Assembly (NCBI RefSeq): GCF_006345805.1
Contig: NC_043015.1
Coordinates: forward strand, 2,852,001 to 2,916,000
Source: Octopus sinensis
Lineage: Eukaryota
Reading direction: 5' to 3'
DNA length: 64,000 bases
Part shown: positions 25,878-41,999 of the stretch, in pieces
How positions within the stretch are numbered: the first letter of the stretch is position 1
How the letters are laid out: each line of letters opens with the position of its first letter
Program-made: the position numbers and the translations under genes
The notes under the pieces: generated by a model
Seen by the model: only the letters and a program-made list of their open reading frames with translations
Database searches by the model: none
Told to the model about the DNA's origin: nothing

Positions 25878-26989
25878 TTGACGAACTCATTAATATATAA
25901 ATTAAAAATTTATCAGAGAGATTATTTTTACTTCAACAAATAAATACGTCTGTCTAAAAGTTAGTTGTTTCAAGTAAAGAAGAATCAGTTAGCTGGAAGC
26001 AAGAAACCGTTAAAATAAATGAATTTTGGTAGACATTTTTCTTATCTTCTTTTTTTAGCAATGTTAAGCTTCATTAATATATTTCTTCATCAAAATGTCA
26101 GCAAAAACGAAGATTAAACATTTCTTATACGCGTAGCATAGTTTCTCGACAATTAAATAAATATATATATATTTAAAAGTAAACGTAAAAAGATTTGGTG
26201 ATTTTATTTTGATAAGAAAATAAGTAAAAAATTATTTTGAAGAGTAAAATTACACTGAAATCGTATGTTAGCGTATGTAAGAAAATGGCGTTGCAGAAAT
26301 ATAATAATTTCAGTTCTAAAAGATATTAAAATTGTCTTGAATTTGGCTAAAGGACAGGAAAGAGAATGAAGTTCTAGAACTGGTAAAAATCTAGAACATT
26401 ATTTAGAGAGGCGGAACGGAGTTTCAAAAAATATATGAAAAATTTGAGAATATAAGAATTTTTTTCTTAAGTTAATGTGAAAATTCAGTATTAGAGTTAT
26501 AAAACGAAAGAAATAGTGTTATTTTGAAAGCCAAAAATAAGTAAAGAAATACGTTAACCAAAATATATATTACAAGAAAATTTTTTTTTGTGTGCATTTA
26601 ATAAGATTCTTGAAGTAATCTGAATGAAAAAGAAAGCTTCTATGATTTACTAATATATATTTTTCCAAGTTTTAATATTTTGTTCCGTTTCATAAATATG
26701 AGACACGAACTAGATTCACAAACGTTCATCAAAATGTCAAAATATGATGCAGCAACTATATAAGTATGCATGAGGGTGTAGACTGTTTCTACGTACGTAT
26801 TCTTTTATAAGCTTGTACGTGTGGGCATGTATACACCTGCACTTACTCTACATATCAATCACACACAAACATATGCACACACGACGAGATGTATACAAAA
26901 ACATATCAGGCGCACGAATCTATTTGTGATAAAAGGAAAATTGATGAAAATGTTATAAGATTTCTTGCAGATTTTGGACACAGCCCAGT

Positions 26990-29900
26990 AGACATGCACT
27001 CACTATAATCATAATTTGTTTTGGTGAAGTAGTTTCCAACTACAAAAGAAATGTGTAGATAATTTATTCTAGAGCTTCCCCACAAAGTGACTCCACATGA
27101 ATTCTGAGTTTATGCAATAATTACTAGTATAAATAACTTAAATCCCTATATATGGCAAGTCTTGATGAAGAAATCGCGTTTATTTTTTAAATGTGGAAAA
27201 GTACAGAGTGAAAGATGCAGACAGTGGTGAAAGAGGCACACAATAGTTTAGCAAATTAGCATTTGAACTATTAAAATGCCTGAAGTGAACCAGGACGGAG
27301 TGGTAATATGCTTTAAATTGCACTCTCAAAATTGCAAAATTGAAACGAAATGAGGACAAGTGTGATGTAGTCATGGCAGGATGCCTTAATACATTTGACA
27401 TACAAATAAACAGAAACTGTACGATAAATAATTTCTTAGTAAATTCAGAAAGAAAGTTTCAATAACATTCTGTCTTGACAATAGAAAATGTATACGAAAT
27501 AACAGTTCTAGAGTTAGAAATGAGTAAGATATCAACATTTAGTGTTGATTGACATGCATGTTAAACACGCTTCGATAATATCGAGTGGATATCAGCTAAA
27601 AGATTACGTTGGAGTGAGATGAATATGCCTTGCCGTTAATCCATTTTCCAACGAAAGTATAAAACTCACTGATGGTCATCATGTAGATATAATTAGAAAA
27701 TTTATGCCTTTATTTTCCTCAGTCTTGATAAACAAATTTGAATCTCCTGCATGTTGGACCTGGTCATAGATACCACAATTCATAGCCATCTGTTACCCAG
27801 ATAGAAAATAGATATACTGTAATATTTGTTGCAACAATTGTCATTTTGACTATAGTAAGAAAATATATTACAAGTAAATCGTTACTTTGTAAAATGATAA
27901 CCATATCCTACAATGTCATACGGCAACTCAAATTTAGGATGCAAGTCTCACTTATTTTCTTATTCAAAACTTAAAAGTTTGAAAGTTAAACCTGATAGCA
28001 CTTTGAAACAATGTTAACAAAATGTTTTTGATTAGAAGGTTGGTTTTGTTCGAGATAGCAAAATGACAAATCTTAATGCACAAGAAATTCCGTGTATAAT
28101 ACTTAAAAATGTGGATCTACGATTGGAAAAATCTCATCTGTATCTAAAGTATTTTCTTGGATTTAAAATCAAGAATCAAAGCTATCGAGTTCTACACTCC
28201 TTGCACGAGTAAAGAAAAAAGTGCCCAGAAACGTACTGCAAATAGACGTAATTATACTGTAGGAACACATTTGCATATATCGTGATATATAGAAATTATT
28301 TACTAACACGTAATCTGGGTCTCAATTTATCAGTCTGTTTGTGTTAATATACCTTATTATAGAATACGTATGTAGATTCTATTTTTTATTAGAATATAAG
28401 ACCAGTTACAGGGAATCATTTTCTGTATATGTGTATTCGTTACCACGTACATAAAATGAAAGGCAAATTACGATTGAACCGTTTTCTTACTACCCATTCA
28501 AATTTCATTAGGAACAGTTAAAGGTTTTGAAAGTACACTTTTAAATCGACTATAAGGAGAGTGTTAAATAAAGTGGATAAATATAATTGCATATATAATG
28601 CATTTTATCCGCTAGTTCTGACATTAAATTATAGGGTAGGTAACACAGAAAATCTATAATAGTCACTACATCTGTACTAATGCGCTATATCCTGCTGAGT
28701 AAGGGCAGAGTACTACAGTGACATAATTTATAACGCATTAAAGATACATTGATTTGTAATACAAGAAAGCCACCTAAATTTGTGACAGGTCAAATCAATA
28801 TAATTGAAAACAACACTAACAAGTAATTGGTTCATGAAACTCAAGGAATATGAAGGAAGATGCCAAATCAGTGCTTTCTTTTACTTTTGATGTTTTAACG
28901 ATATTTCTCCAAATCGTTAACAGATCATAAATTGTAAACTTACTAATTTATCATGTAACAATTAAAAATATATAATTCAAAACGTGTTATAATCTGTATT
29001 TTGAGTATGATGGCTATTATCGGTACGTTGTAGATTTCTGTAGTGTAAAACATAATAAAGGGAAAATGATGTTCTTGTTTCGGAAATGTGTATTCTTCTA
29101 AAGAGGAATTCATTATTTGTTAAAGTCAGCAAATTATAATTTCGTGGTGATGATTATTATATTGAGAATCTAACAAAAATATCTTTATTATGTCATTATT
29201 CTAAAAGTGAACATTTTCCACTTCTCACAGATTACATTACTAAACGGCAAATTTAATGTTCAAAATATAATTGATCTTTCCTTCTCTTAGTAATTACAGT
29301 GAAATTAAAACTACTTGAATTTACCATCGTATTATAGCTATAATTGGAAGGAAGTAACACGTTGTGTATCTATAATTTTACACAAAATTATTGGTATCTT
29401 AGATGGTTTAGTAAGAACTACCGAAACTAGAAAACAATTCAAAGAAGACAAATTCCTGGAATTAATGAATGCTTGAAACATTAAAGTCAAAAGTGCTGTC
29501 AATTACAGATTATTTTGAGTAGGTTAGACATTTCTTGAAATGTTCTAAATCAATGTAAAACAATATTTGAATAATCTCTATAAAAAAGCAGCAACACTAA
29601 AGTACATTTGCTTACGCTCAGTGTCAGTGATATGCGTAAGATATGGGGGGTTCCAGGTTCTTGTTCACAGTGACAGCAATCATTCTGCAACTCTTGCCAT
29701 CGTGGAGTTCTGAAACATTGAACTTGGTACACGTTATAGTAATGACGCTTGTATCACTCACTAATAAATGCATAATTGAATTAATATATATTTACATATG
29801 AATTGCGTTGTGTAATATTTCATGACAAATAAGTTTAATAATAGTTGCAGGACTGACTTGTGAATTATGTTATTCTTGAAGAAACTATATCACAGATGAA

Positions 29901-30020
29901 TACCCAAGAAAAGTACTTGGGATATGAATTTTACGAACATATTTATATGTTAATAGGGACCGATGCCCAATCATTATGCCTAATTGCAAGAGCATTGGCG
30001 TTAAAGGTGAGACAGTGTCA
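26990..30020 (+). pseudogene. Decayed Fat1/Fat-like cadherin segment
   Basis: IITSINNLNP/YMASLDEE, VKDADSGERG, TRFDNIEWISAK (27565-27600; cf. FAT1 TRLHIEWISKP), FDYSKKIYYK, IDYKE, VTGQINII..LVHETQ, LLTLSVSD..NIELGT and YLGYEFYEHIYMLIGTDAQS. Confidence 0.75.
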
Positions 30021-31199
30021 CTTGACAACTTGCTGGGCTGTCTGCTGGAGCCTGGCGGCAGTTATTTAAAGTGAAAAATTTGACAAGTCAGTCAGTCACC
30101 GGCTGACACTCGCTGACGATGCATCGAAGAGGCCAGGGAACAGAAGAAAGAAGAAGAAATAGAAGACATGCACCCAACACCAGAGCTGAAGATACCTCCG
30201 AAAGGGGGTGGGCAAGTCAAAACGGTAGAGGAGTAGGGGCCGAAACCGGACGTGGTTCCTCCTGATTATGTCTTGAGCTAACTGGATGCTGGAAAGGACC
30301 TGTTGTGGTAGCAGACCACGGAACACGGTTGTAATTCCTCCATAACCCACACAAGCATAAATACTATCAACACAGAACACAAATATTATTTTAAAATTTA
30401 TCTTTCACACGCATATGAAAATACCCAGGAAGACAGCGCAAACATTATCTACATACAATGTACAATGTCATACTAAAGCATTTTGTATATATATATATAT
30501 ATGCCATTTGGATACATGGTTCTTTTTCATTTGTTATATTATTGTAGTGCCGCATCACCATTAATAATGAAATCTTGTCATCGTGATACTATTTTCCGAA
30601 AAAAATATGTGCCTATCCAATATGCACATGTGTGATATTACGACATGATTCTCTCTACTGATAAATTATATTATATTATATGAAGTTTTTAAGGAATCAC
30701 GATTGTTATATTCTTTGATGCATGCGCAATACTTCAGTATTCAATATATCTATGTAAACTTTCGGAGTTTGATAATGCATGCAAAGATGATATCATTTCT
30801 GTTCCTCTGCTCATACCTCTGGGGATGTGCACATCAGTACAGCGTCTAAAGTTTGTGGAATTACAAAAAATATGCAGCTATATCTGGAACAATGAATCTG
30901 GGTCTAATAAGAATTCTAGTGATTTGTATATCTATATGGGATTTAGGATTGGGTTAATTTTGTTTGGTATACGTATAGTTTTCAACACCGTTGACGCAAT
31001 GCAGCATGATATTTCATATGATATACATGCTGTTAGGGTGAATTTTTTTCTTATCTTTTACATCTCTTTTCAGAAAGAGAAGATAATTGGACAGTATGAA
31101 CGCCGCTGGAGAACATATACTGCAAATGTAGCCGAGAGAAATTTAAATGACATGGAATATTGAGAGTCATTTCAATATTAGACACGAACAAATTAAGTC

Positions 31200-31690
31200 C
31201 TGCTCAGTGCTTTGTGAATACAGTAAAGGCTACATACCATGACGTGGGCAGTTGCAATAGGAACTACCAAGCAGGTTCCAGTTAGAAAAGAGACAGTATA
31301 TATTCATTATATTAGATGACTCGACAGGCTCATCTGATACGAATACAAAAGAGGCAGGAGACTGAGTTGAAACGATGACCATATCTATAGCTGGAGGATC
31401 CGGTATCTTCCTATAGTTCTTGAAGTAGTCAAATGTGTATTGTCAGAGCATGTCTGAGACTTCGCCAGTCCCGATTCCCCTAATTTTGATCTCATAAGTA
31501 CTATGTATAGGTAGCGTTTGAGAAAGACATCAACCATTCTACCAGCAAAACGACAGCCAAACTGGTGGCTATGACAGAATATGTGTTCGAAGATATTCCA
31601 AGGAAGACAATGAGATAAATATATGCCTGGTTCCGGTACCGTCTTGAGGTCGTAGTGATAGATGTTGGCAGGTATTCTGAGCAAACCTTT
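31200..31690 (+). mobile_element. Tc1-mariner maT/DD37D-like transposase remnant
   Basis: PYL*LEDPVSS (cf. PYVWQQDSAP), then SPNFDL/YYV*VAFEKDIN...WFRYRLEVVVIDVGRYSE (cf. SPDLNPLDYYVWG.VE...FR.RLEAVVEAEGGY). Confidence 0.7.
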
Positions 31691-33011
31691 TTCCTCCATC
31701 TGTAATCTAGTTAATGTTTTTAATACTTTTTTTTATAATACGTTTATGTTTAGTTTGGATATATTAGTTTTCTTTTATGCAAACTGTTAAATTTAGATCG
31801 ATCGCAGTGTAGGAACTTCTGTTTTATCTGTTAGCGTTAATTTTCAAACAAGCTTCGTGTAACGAGAAGTATTTAGTGTCATTAATTCAACTGGTGAGAA
31901 AATAGCATTTAGTTTCAACAAAAAAGAGTCTAAAATAATAGTATGCATATAGAGAACATTTTTTTAAGTAAAAGAATGAAACTAAATATAATTCATATTT
32001 AGATACTTAAAATATCACATAATATACACATTTACAGTTTCATAGTTCAGAATATGTCTCATAATCTTTCTTGATAGATGTATACATATATGTGTGTGCA
32101 TGCGTATGTGTCTGCTTTCTCACTACTAATCTCTGTTGAATGCAGTAGGCGACAGCTTTTGAGAAGACACGAACATTACAAAATTTAATTTCGTTCCTCT
32201 AAAATTTCGTGGACTTGTGCCAAAGTACGTAATCAGTATTATTTCGCTGACATAGGATTGAGAATTTAGGACAACCTAAGATATGGTATTAGATTTAGCA
32301 CTGAAATGATGGTAGAATCGAATTTGTCAGTCTTCATTACAGAATGAATAAGATTAACCGAATCAATATTGTGTCGTACGAAACGTTGGTGAATCGCTGA
32401 GTTAGAGGTGACAGAGCACTGGGTGAAATGGTGTGTTCTATTTGGTTACATTAATGGTGTAACTTTCCATACCATGGGTTCCGGTTTTAGGTAATAGTAT
32501 CACCGAAGAAAAAAGGGCTGGGGATTAAATAGCTTATGTCCCACAGCAAAATATCTGATTAGTAGTTACGTTAGCTTTCAATAGAGAAATTTAGATATAC
32601 TGTCACTGTAGATTAAGAACTTATACTATTGTCAGTTCCTGGTACTTCTCTAAAAATAGTTGATGCTTTTCTTTTTTTTTTACCTTGGTAGTAGAGGGTA
32701 TTTTTCAGCCAATGTTTGCTCAACAAAGAACTTTAAACTATTAGATTAATTGCTTACTACGCAGACAATAGCATCCGGCAATGATTATGGTTCTTTTAGC
32801 AAATATTTCGTAACGTCAAACATTCAAGATCATCATCATCCATGTATATATACATACATACTGATATATATATTTAAATAAAATAATAAAGAAATCATCC
32901 ATTAGTCTGACAGTAAGACATTTGAAATCTTTCTTTATTGCTCTATTCCTGGTGATCAATTGGATTTTTTTTTGCGCACCCATATACACACAGACACACA
33001 GTAATATGCAA

Positions 33012-33122
33012 TTATCTTTTATCTTTCATCTTCTATGTGTTTCAGTCAGTAGATTACAGCCATAATGGGGCACCCCCTTCTTGAACATTTTGTCGAAAGA
33101 ATCAACCCCGGTACTTATATAC

Positions 33123-33184
<62 letters not shown>

Positions 33185-33366
33185 CATATGCGACGTGCTT
33201 ATTTCAGTTTCCTCCTCCCAAAACCACTCACAAGGGCCTGAGCGGCCCGAGGGTCTGAGACTATAGAACAAGGCACCCTCACAAGAGGTCATGGAGTGGA
33301 ACTGAACGCGAAAGACCATGTGATTTGGAAGAAAGCGTTATACTGCACAGTGACGCCTGCGCCTAT
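33012..33366 (-). mobile_element. tRNA-derived SINE, internally deleted
   Basis: Head ends ...GCCTGCGCCTAT and tail reads GTTTCAGTCA, with an internal (TA)n. Same family as 7693-8308. Confidence 0.75.
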
Positions 33367-33479
33367 ATGCGTACAAATAAAACAAGTTGGTTCATCATAA
33401 GACAATTTGCAATAGAGTTCAGATAATCGTACATATATTTAAATGTGTAATTATAGTATTGATTTATTTTTATATCAAT

Positions 33480-36400
33480 ATTTTAACGGACAGACCACAG
33501 AAACCACATGTGTGATGATGCAATTATAATGTATATAAGCGTTTGCCTTTGAACATTTACAGAGGAACACTGTTTAGCTTCAGACTTAGCGGATGTACTT
33601 CTACTTGAATTCTCGCTTTCTATCGTCAGAAAGTAATTCATTGGGGAAAAGATTTCCTCAATACAGACACTTTCCATACACTTGGAGACTCTGTGCCAAT
33701 TTGTTTAGTACATAAGGTATTACAGAAAGTAACACCTTTTCAGCAAACCTGATAAACTTACACGGCTTCTTATCACTCATATTTCTTATTAACGCGTTCA
33801 TAGGTTTTATATTCAACCTTTATTTTTCTTTCCTAGGCCGTCCACCTAAAGTAACTAGAACGTACAATTAACAGTCTCTTCTTCACCAAATTCTCCTATG
33901 AAAATATTGTTGTCACCCCGTGTCCAATGTCCAGAAGCATTCACACAATAATGTCCTCACTCATCATTCTTTCGTCGAGAATTGTAACGCTCCGTTATGA
34001 TTTAAATCTATCATCCCCGATATTTCTCTCGCCTTCGAAAGCATATCCACCAATATTAACAAATCTCAATTTCCAAGTCATGCAGTGAAATACACGTGGC
34101 CATCCACAACCTGGCATCGATTTTCGATTAACAATCATTATTGCTGCAGAGGTGCCATCCAATAACCTTCCACCATGTATGACACAAGACAGTATGGTTA
34201 AATTGCCACGATTTATGTAACTACATGCATAAGCCTGAGTCAGCACCAGCATGCTAACTGGGTAAATAAACAAAGAAAAACAAATGATTTAGACGTTGCA
34301 TCACTCCCTAGTAGACATTATATATGTACACACATTAAATTGTAATAATGTTTCCTTTTTTTCCTTATTTTGTGAGTGTCATCGAAGCCAACCTAGTTCT
34401 TCTGCACTTATTAGTAGGATACGTCATTAATTGATTTTTTTCAAAACCGAACCAGGCGATATTCTTCCCGGTTTATACTGTTTCTTTTTTATTGAGGATT
34501 TGTTATAATGTTCCATATCCACCATTCAACTACACTACGCAGTCCTCTTCAAATCATGTTAATCAGCAGAAAACAGCATATTTAGAAGAAGCTTTCAGAA
34601 TTAAACAACATAGAGTTAAATTTCTGATGGTAGTTACTGAAAGAAAAAATGTCCTGTACTGACAATGTCAATCGAATTGAAATGGTTAAATACGAAGACA
34701 TAAAACATATTTTAATTACTTTTCGTGGGAAACCAAGAAATGTATAACACCATGACATATGTTACATGCATTTATTTTCCAATCTATACTGAAGTTAAAG
34801 ATGTTAATAAAGAATTTACAAACTACTGCTTAAATTAACAATGTGACAGACGTCTCAGTAGGCATGAAGCACATATATATATTTTAGCTTTTAAATTGGT
34901 TTTAGTTGTTTTGTTAACGAAGATTGCTTTTCAAAATCAGTCTAGTTGCAATTCTCTGCAGCCTTGACGTTGTTAATAATGGTCAATGCTTTTACACACA
35001 CTGTATTATTCAGCGATTCAACACTAGTATGTTTTTACTTTTTTTATAATTCCGACTCGAAAATAGACAGCATATTTATTCAGATAAAATTAAAATGAAC
35101 ATTGTATCATACATTTTCATTCCAAGCGTAAGTTGGTTGATTTTAAGTTAATCAAGATTTTCATCTTAAAATCCACAGAGCTGGAAGTTGAGCTAAACAC
35201 TGTTTCAATGCCTTCATGCTCTTCTTATTTACAGTGTTAAGTAGTGCTCCATATTGTGTAGTAAATTGGCAAAACGAAAGAATGTAAAGGGTTATACAGC
35301 ACATAGCATTCTATAAAATGCCCACTTACTTTCGTACCCCATCATTTACCAAAGTATGAAGTCGTAAGTGCCGATGCGTGTTAGGACTCTGACATGTCCC
35401 ATCAGCATCTAATTTTTCCTCGGAGAAACATAGCACACCCGACAAGTTTGTTTAATTAATATATGAGGAGAAACGTGAATGGTTCATATAAAATCTAGTG
35501 CTTAAATCCGAATTGTTTTCTTCTGCAGTTTAACATGCTCTTTCGCTTCCAAATCTACTTCCCGTTGCCTCAAATACAGCAGCTCTAATCGAAATTCGAT
35601 TTCATTATGCATTTTTGAAATTCGATATTTGATTAGCAACTTCTGCTTGTGGAAAATATAAAAATCATATATGATATAGATTACTATATGTATGTAGTTT
35701 GCCTTCTGGATATTTATATCATCCACTTTTGTACAAGTATGAAAGTAACCACATGCTAATTTTTAATCTTAATTGGTGTGTAGAAAACTTGAATCCATTT
35801 GGTTAGTGTATGCAATTTTTTTTTTACTATATCACTTTCATTTCAAAGAGGCTTACTCGTGAGTTATTACAAGCATACCTTTTTATGTCTCTGCAGCGTT
35901 TCATAATCATTTGATTAAATACTTGCGCTTGTATTAGTATGTCTACTTTCCACATGTACTCAATATTCGCTTTGCAGGGGACTGCTCAAAGAGGTTCTGT
36001 CACAGATTATAATCTATTCCATTTGTGAATTTTGTCAATTGATTGCATGTCGATATTAAACTGGGGTTTGGATTTTCACAAAGAATTACATAGTGGTAAA
36101 ATCTTGGAGGTAACTTCAAGTACACGGGAGCATGATGCTGAGCACAACGAAACTCATTGGTACAAATATCGGTGTATATTCTCTAACTATTACAACTGTA
36201 ACAAAAACACAGCGACAACAGACAATTTTTCAGTAGATAAGTGATATATTTGGTTTATACTAATAAAACAGGTACACCTCAAAATGAATTTCAATTTGTA
36301 ATTGATGGTTGAAGGACGAAGTAAATATCAACTGAAAATTTAGGTTATCTTCACAAAATACAGAAACCGCAGGAGGCGTATGTTTGAGGTTTTTCACAGA

Positions 36401-37000
36401 AAAAGATAATTTGCTACTTCAGTTATCTGTGACCAATATACTTGGGAGATTGCTTATTCTTTCTGTTTCTGTCTTGTTTCAGTACAGATGCGAAATGCAA
36501 ACTAGTAATTGATGTACGTTTTTCCCGCAACTATGATGTATAATGTCATTCATATTCCTGTGTGCTTTCTTAAAATATTTCTACCAGTTAAGAATCCATC
36601 TCCTGCTTCATCACACAAGCACCCTAGAGTATTAGTACAAAGTAACGTGTTACATTTTATTCAGCTACATCAATGGGAATAATGTGCTAAGCTTGTCACT
36701 CTAACCGAGCAGTAAGATGAAATAAAGATATACGAGTTGAATTCATCGTTGATTTTGAGCGCTTTGTTCATCGTTTCGTGAAAGAGCCACAAAGCAATCC
36801 ACTGAACAAATCAGATCTTATACACATGATAATAAAATAAGCACAAATTTGGGGAGCAAATGAATAAAAATATCAATAGAAAAGGAGAGGTCACGGTAAA
36901 AGTAAAATGTGGTCTCTTGAACAGCTGCACGAAAGTTTGAATTTCAGAAATAAATATTCGTCAATTTCATCATAATGCACAATTCCTTGAAATCTTATAC
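33480..37000 (-). pseudogene. Decayed Fat-like cadherin, central repeats, colinear
   Basis: 5' to 3' on the - strand: SQVYWSQITE, VVIVREYTPIFV, IKYRISKMHNEIEFRL..VDLEAKEHVKL, LLISAEELG, AGADS, VVDGHVYF, DIGHGVTTIFS*ENLVKKRL, GVTFC and FSPMNYFLTIESENSSRSTS. Confidence 0.7.
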
Positions 37001-37114
37001 CCAACTTCTCTCAACATATGTAATTGCAACCGTTACTTCACGGTAAATAGATGAGGATGAAGTAGTTATGATTTTATTCAACACGTTTCCAATTGAGATT
37101 TTCTTCTACTTCTC

Positions 37115-37225
37115 CATCTCCGTCTTCTTCTTTTCTTTTTCTTCTTCTTCTTCTTCTTCTTCTTCTTGTTCTTCTTCTTCTTCTTCTTCTTCTTCTTCTA
37201 TTATTATTATTATATTATTATTATA

Positions 37226-37271
<46 letters not shown>

Positions 37272-37305
37272 ATTATTATCATTATTATTATTATTATTAT
37301 CATCA

Positions 37306-37363
<58 letters not shown>

Positions 37364-37410
37364 CATTATTATTATTATTATCATCATCATTATTATTATT
37401 ATTATTATTA
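37115..37410. repeat. (TTC)n plus (ATT)n microsatellite
   Basis: Direct reading. Confidence 0.95.
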
Positions 37411-37415
37411 TGAGC

Positions 37416-37560
37416 GAAAGGCGGTGAGCTGGCAAAATCTTTAGGACGCCTACTTAGTAGCACTCTATCCGTCTTTACGTTCTGAGTTCAAATGTCTCCG
37501 GGTCATATGAACTAGTTCCTCCCCTAAATTTTCAGACATTGAATTTTTAATGGTAAGGAT
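37416..37560 (+). mobile_element. Second SINE family fragment
   Basis: AAGGCGGTGAGCTGGCAAAATC...TACGTTCTGAGTTCAAAT, with A-box and B-box-like motifs. A related - strand piece lies at ~23330-23480. Confidence 0.55.
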
Positions 37561-37609
37561 TATCATTATTTATATTCATATACACACAGCAGCTTTGATT
37601 TTAGGAACC

Positions 37610-38880
37610 GAAAACCTTCTAACTTCAAGCTACAATAAGAAAACTTAGGTGCCCAAGATCCATCCTTAGTATCGTAATGACAGTTTTCTGCAGCTTTCCT
37701 AATAACACTGTCCTAAAACGGTTTCTATTTTTATTTCCTCTTTACATCTGTTCCAATCTTTAGGTATAGTTCATAATACACCTATGCTTACTAGCATACA
37801 TGTTACCCGCATTTGCATAGAGTCTGTAATTCAATGGTTTGGTCCTGGTATTTTGCTGTATTTTCTATACCTCACATATTGATTTTCTTATCATATAGAA
37901 CTGTCACTTTCTAATCGCTTTCTTCTACTACTACAAAATCAAGCATTTTATATTCTCTTACTCTGTCAGTCTGAATGTTAACGCCTCATAACATCATATA
38001 TTTCTTATTTTTTAGTACTTACCTTGGTTCATATTCATACCATTTATCAATATATTAAAATCGTAGCTTTCTACATAACTCCTAGTGGGTTACCCTCCCC
38101 AAGATGTCATGTATTTTCTTGTATTCTTTCTGTGCAGCATGCTACATTCACATTACTATATGAGTAACGCTTTACTCTCTTGATTTGCATAACCTCTATT
38201 GGCAAATTATAATTATGTTTTAAAAATTAACTTTTAATGAATTAGTCATCTATACTTGATCCTGTGCTGCTACTAGCAAAATACAAACTTTCTGTCACCC
38301 TTTTCCCTTTCATTTATACAACCGTACCCATGTCTATCTTTTACCATTTGCTGCAATTATATTTGGGAAACTGCCATGCAATGTTTTCTCCTGCCAGTTA
38401 GATAAGTTCTGTTGTTTTGTGATTTTTAAAATTTCGATAAGTCTATTTGGTTTCCCTATGCCTTGTTGTGACTCTACCAGCTTTTTGTAAACTTTCTTTA
38501 GCATTATCTACATATGAGTCTCTAACTATTCTTTCTTACTCCACGCAGTCATCTACTCATATTAACCTTCTTCCACCTTCATTTCTAGGTAAGTATGATC
38601 TTTCTACTCTTGATCTTGGGTTGAGTCATCCATTCATATCGAATTATTTCCTAGATGTTCTCTCTAGCCTTGCTGATTCAATTTTCGTCTAATCTACAAA
38701 AACTGATGAGTATCTAATTAACCATAGAGCTGGAATATTTACAATCTTAACTAGATTCAGACCATTTAGCTTTCACTTCCTTTAGCTACCACACTCATCT
38801 GATACACACCTTCTCAATTTTTGTCTTCATTTCCATATTTAGCATTCTGTCAGTTTCTAATACTCCTAGATACTTAAAAC
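37610..38880 (-). mobile_element. R4/Dong-like LINE 3' fragment (RT end, Zn finger, REL nuclease region)
   Basis: The - strand reads FKYLGVLETD, KLNGLNLVKIVN, AAQDQ, ECSML/QKEYKKIHD and terminal LQKTV. Many stops. Confidence 0.75.
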
Positions 38881-38894
38881 AGATATATTTGTAT

Positions 38895-38970
<76 letters not shown>

Positions 38971-39399
38971 GATACTACTAATGTTATTAGTAGTAATTAT
39001 AGTAGCGGTGATAGTTGTTGTAGCAGTGGTGCTGGTAGTAGTAGTGGAGCTTTATATCTAGTAGTAGTTGCAGTAACAATATAGGAGCTTTAAGTATCTA
39101 GAAGTACTACTATTACCACTACTACTGCTGCTGCCGCTGTTGTTGTTGTTGTTGTTAAGGGTGATTAGGTGATGGTCTAGGGCTTAGGGACGCGAAACCC
39201 CACACCTTGGGACAAAAACTTTGTTCATCTTGTAGTGGAGGGCTCTTCGCTGACGCCCGACACCATTGGGAGGTGGCCCTGGACGTCCTTGGATATGGAG
39301 ATCTCCAGGTCCAAATTCTTGAACGGCTGCTGCTGCTGCTACCACTTCTGGTACTACTGGTAGTATTAGTAGTAGTAGCAGTGGTAGTTGTAGTAATGA

Positions 39400-39440
<41 letters not shown>
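38895..39440. repeat. (TAC)n and (TAG)n microsatellites flanking a GC-richer core
   Basis: (TAC)n at 38895-38980 and (TAG)n-rich sequence at 39360-39440. Confidence 0.85.
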
Positions 39441-39699
39441 ATATGATGCGGAGGAGGAAGGGGAGGTCGAGGAGGTGGAGGACGAGAAAGAGGAAGAGGA
39501 AGAGGAAGGGGAGGAGAACTTTTTTGCCGTGTTCATTGTTTTCCTTCGTTAATATTAGCTGTTCATACTATCGCTTATATTGCATGGTAAGTGCGTTATT
39601 ATTGTTATCGTAATCATCAACATCAGGTTTGTAACCATCAACACCATCAATGGCGTCGCCTTCATCACTATTATTTCTAATATTAATATTCTTGTAACA

Positions 39700-41440
<1,741 letters not shown>

Positions 41441-41515
41441 TGTGTATATTTGGTAAAAAATGTCCTTACACAAAAGGAAACAATATTACAATACACATAC
41501 AGACACGCGTGCACA

Positions 41516-41582
<67 letters not shown>

Positions 41583-41905
41583 GTTTGTGTGTGTGTGTGC
41601 GTGTATGTGTGTGTGTATGTATGCGTTTGTATTTTGTGGGGTGGTTGTGCTACTCGTTATGGTCATTAGAGTGCGGTCATGATGGCATACCGCTTTGGGG
41701 GGCCTTATCGCAATAACCGATATCAATTTTTCCATTCCTACGAAGCTTCGTTGCTATTCTATCGATTCTTTTGACGAAACGCTATGTTACGGATCTAAGC
41801 ACACTAACACCGGTTCTGAAGAGGTGTGAGGAGAAAGATAAAGTAAAGAACATACACATATAAACACGCACAGACACATGTGTGCATGCATATATATATA
41901 CAAGC

Positions 41906-41992
<87 letters not shown>

Positions 41993-41999
41993 AATATAT

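Noticed and set aside
29610-29775. Fibronectin-III-like peptide TKFNVSELHDGK on the - strand
   Set aside because: The + strand gives a better cadherin match (LTLSVSD, ELGT) consistent with its neighbours, so this is likely an antisense coincidence.
30183-30262. CTGAAGA...GAAACC hammerhead candidate
   Set aside because: Stems I and II do not pair in the register the core requires.
33900-33950. Actin-like motif LLDIGHGVT
   Set aside because: There is no other actin similarity, and it fits a decayed cadherin DxDxG motif in colinear context.
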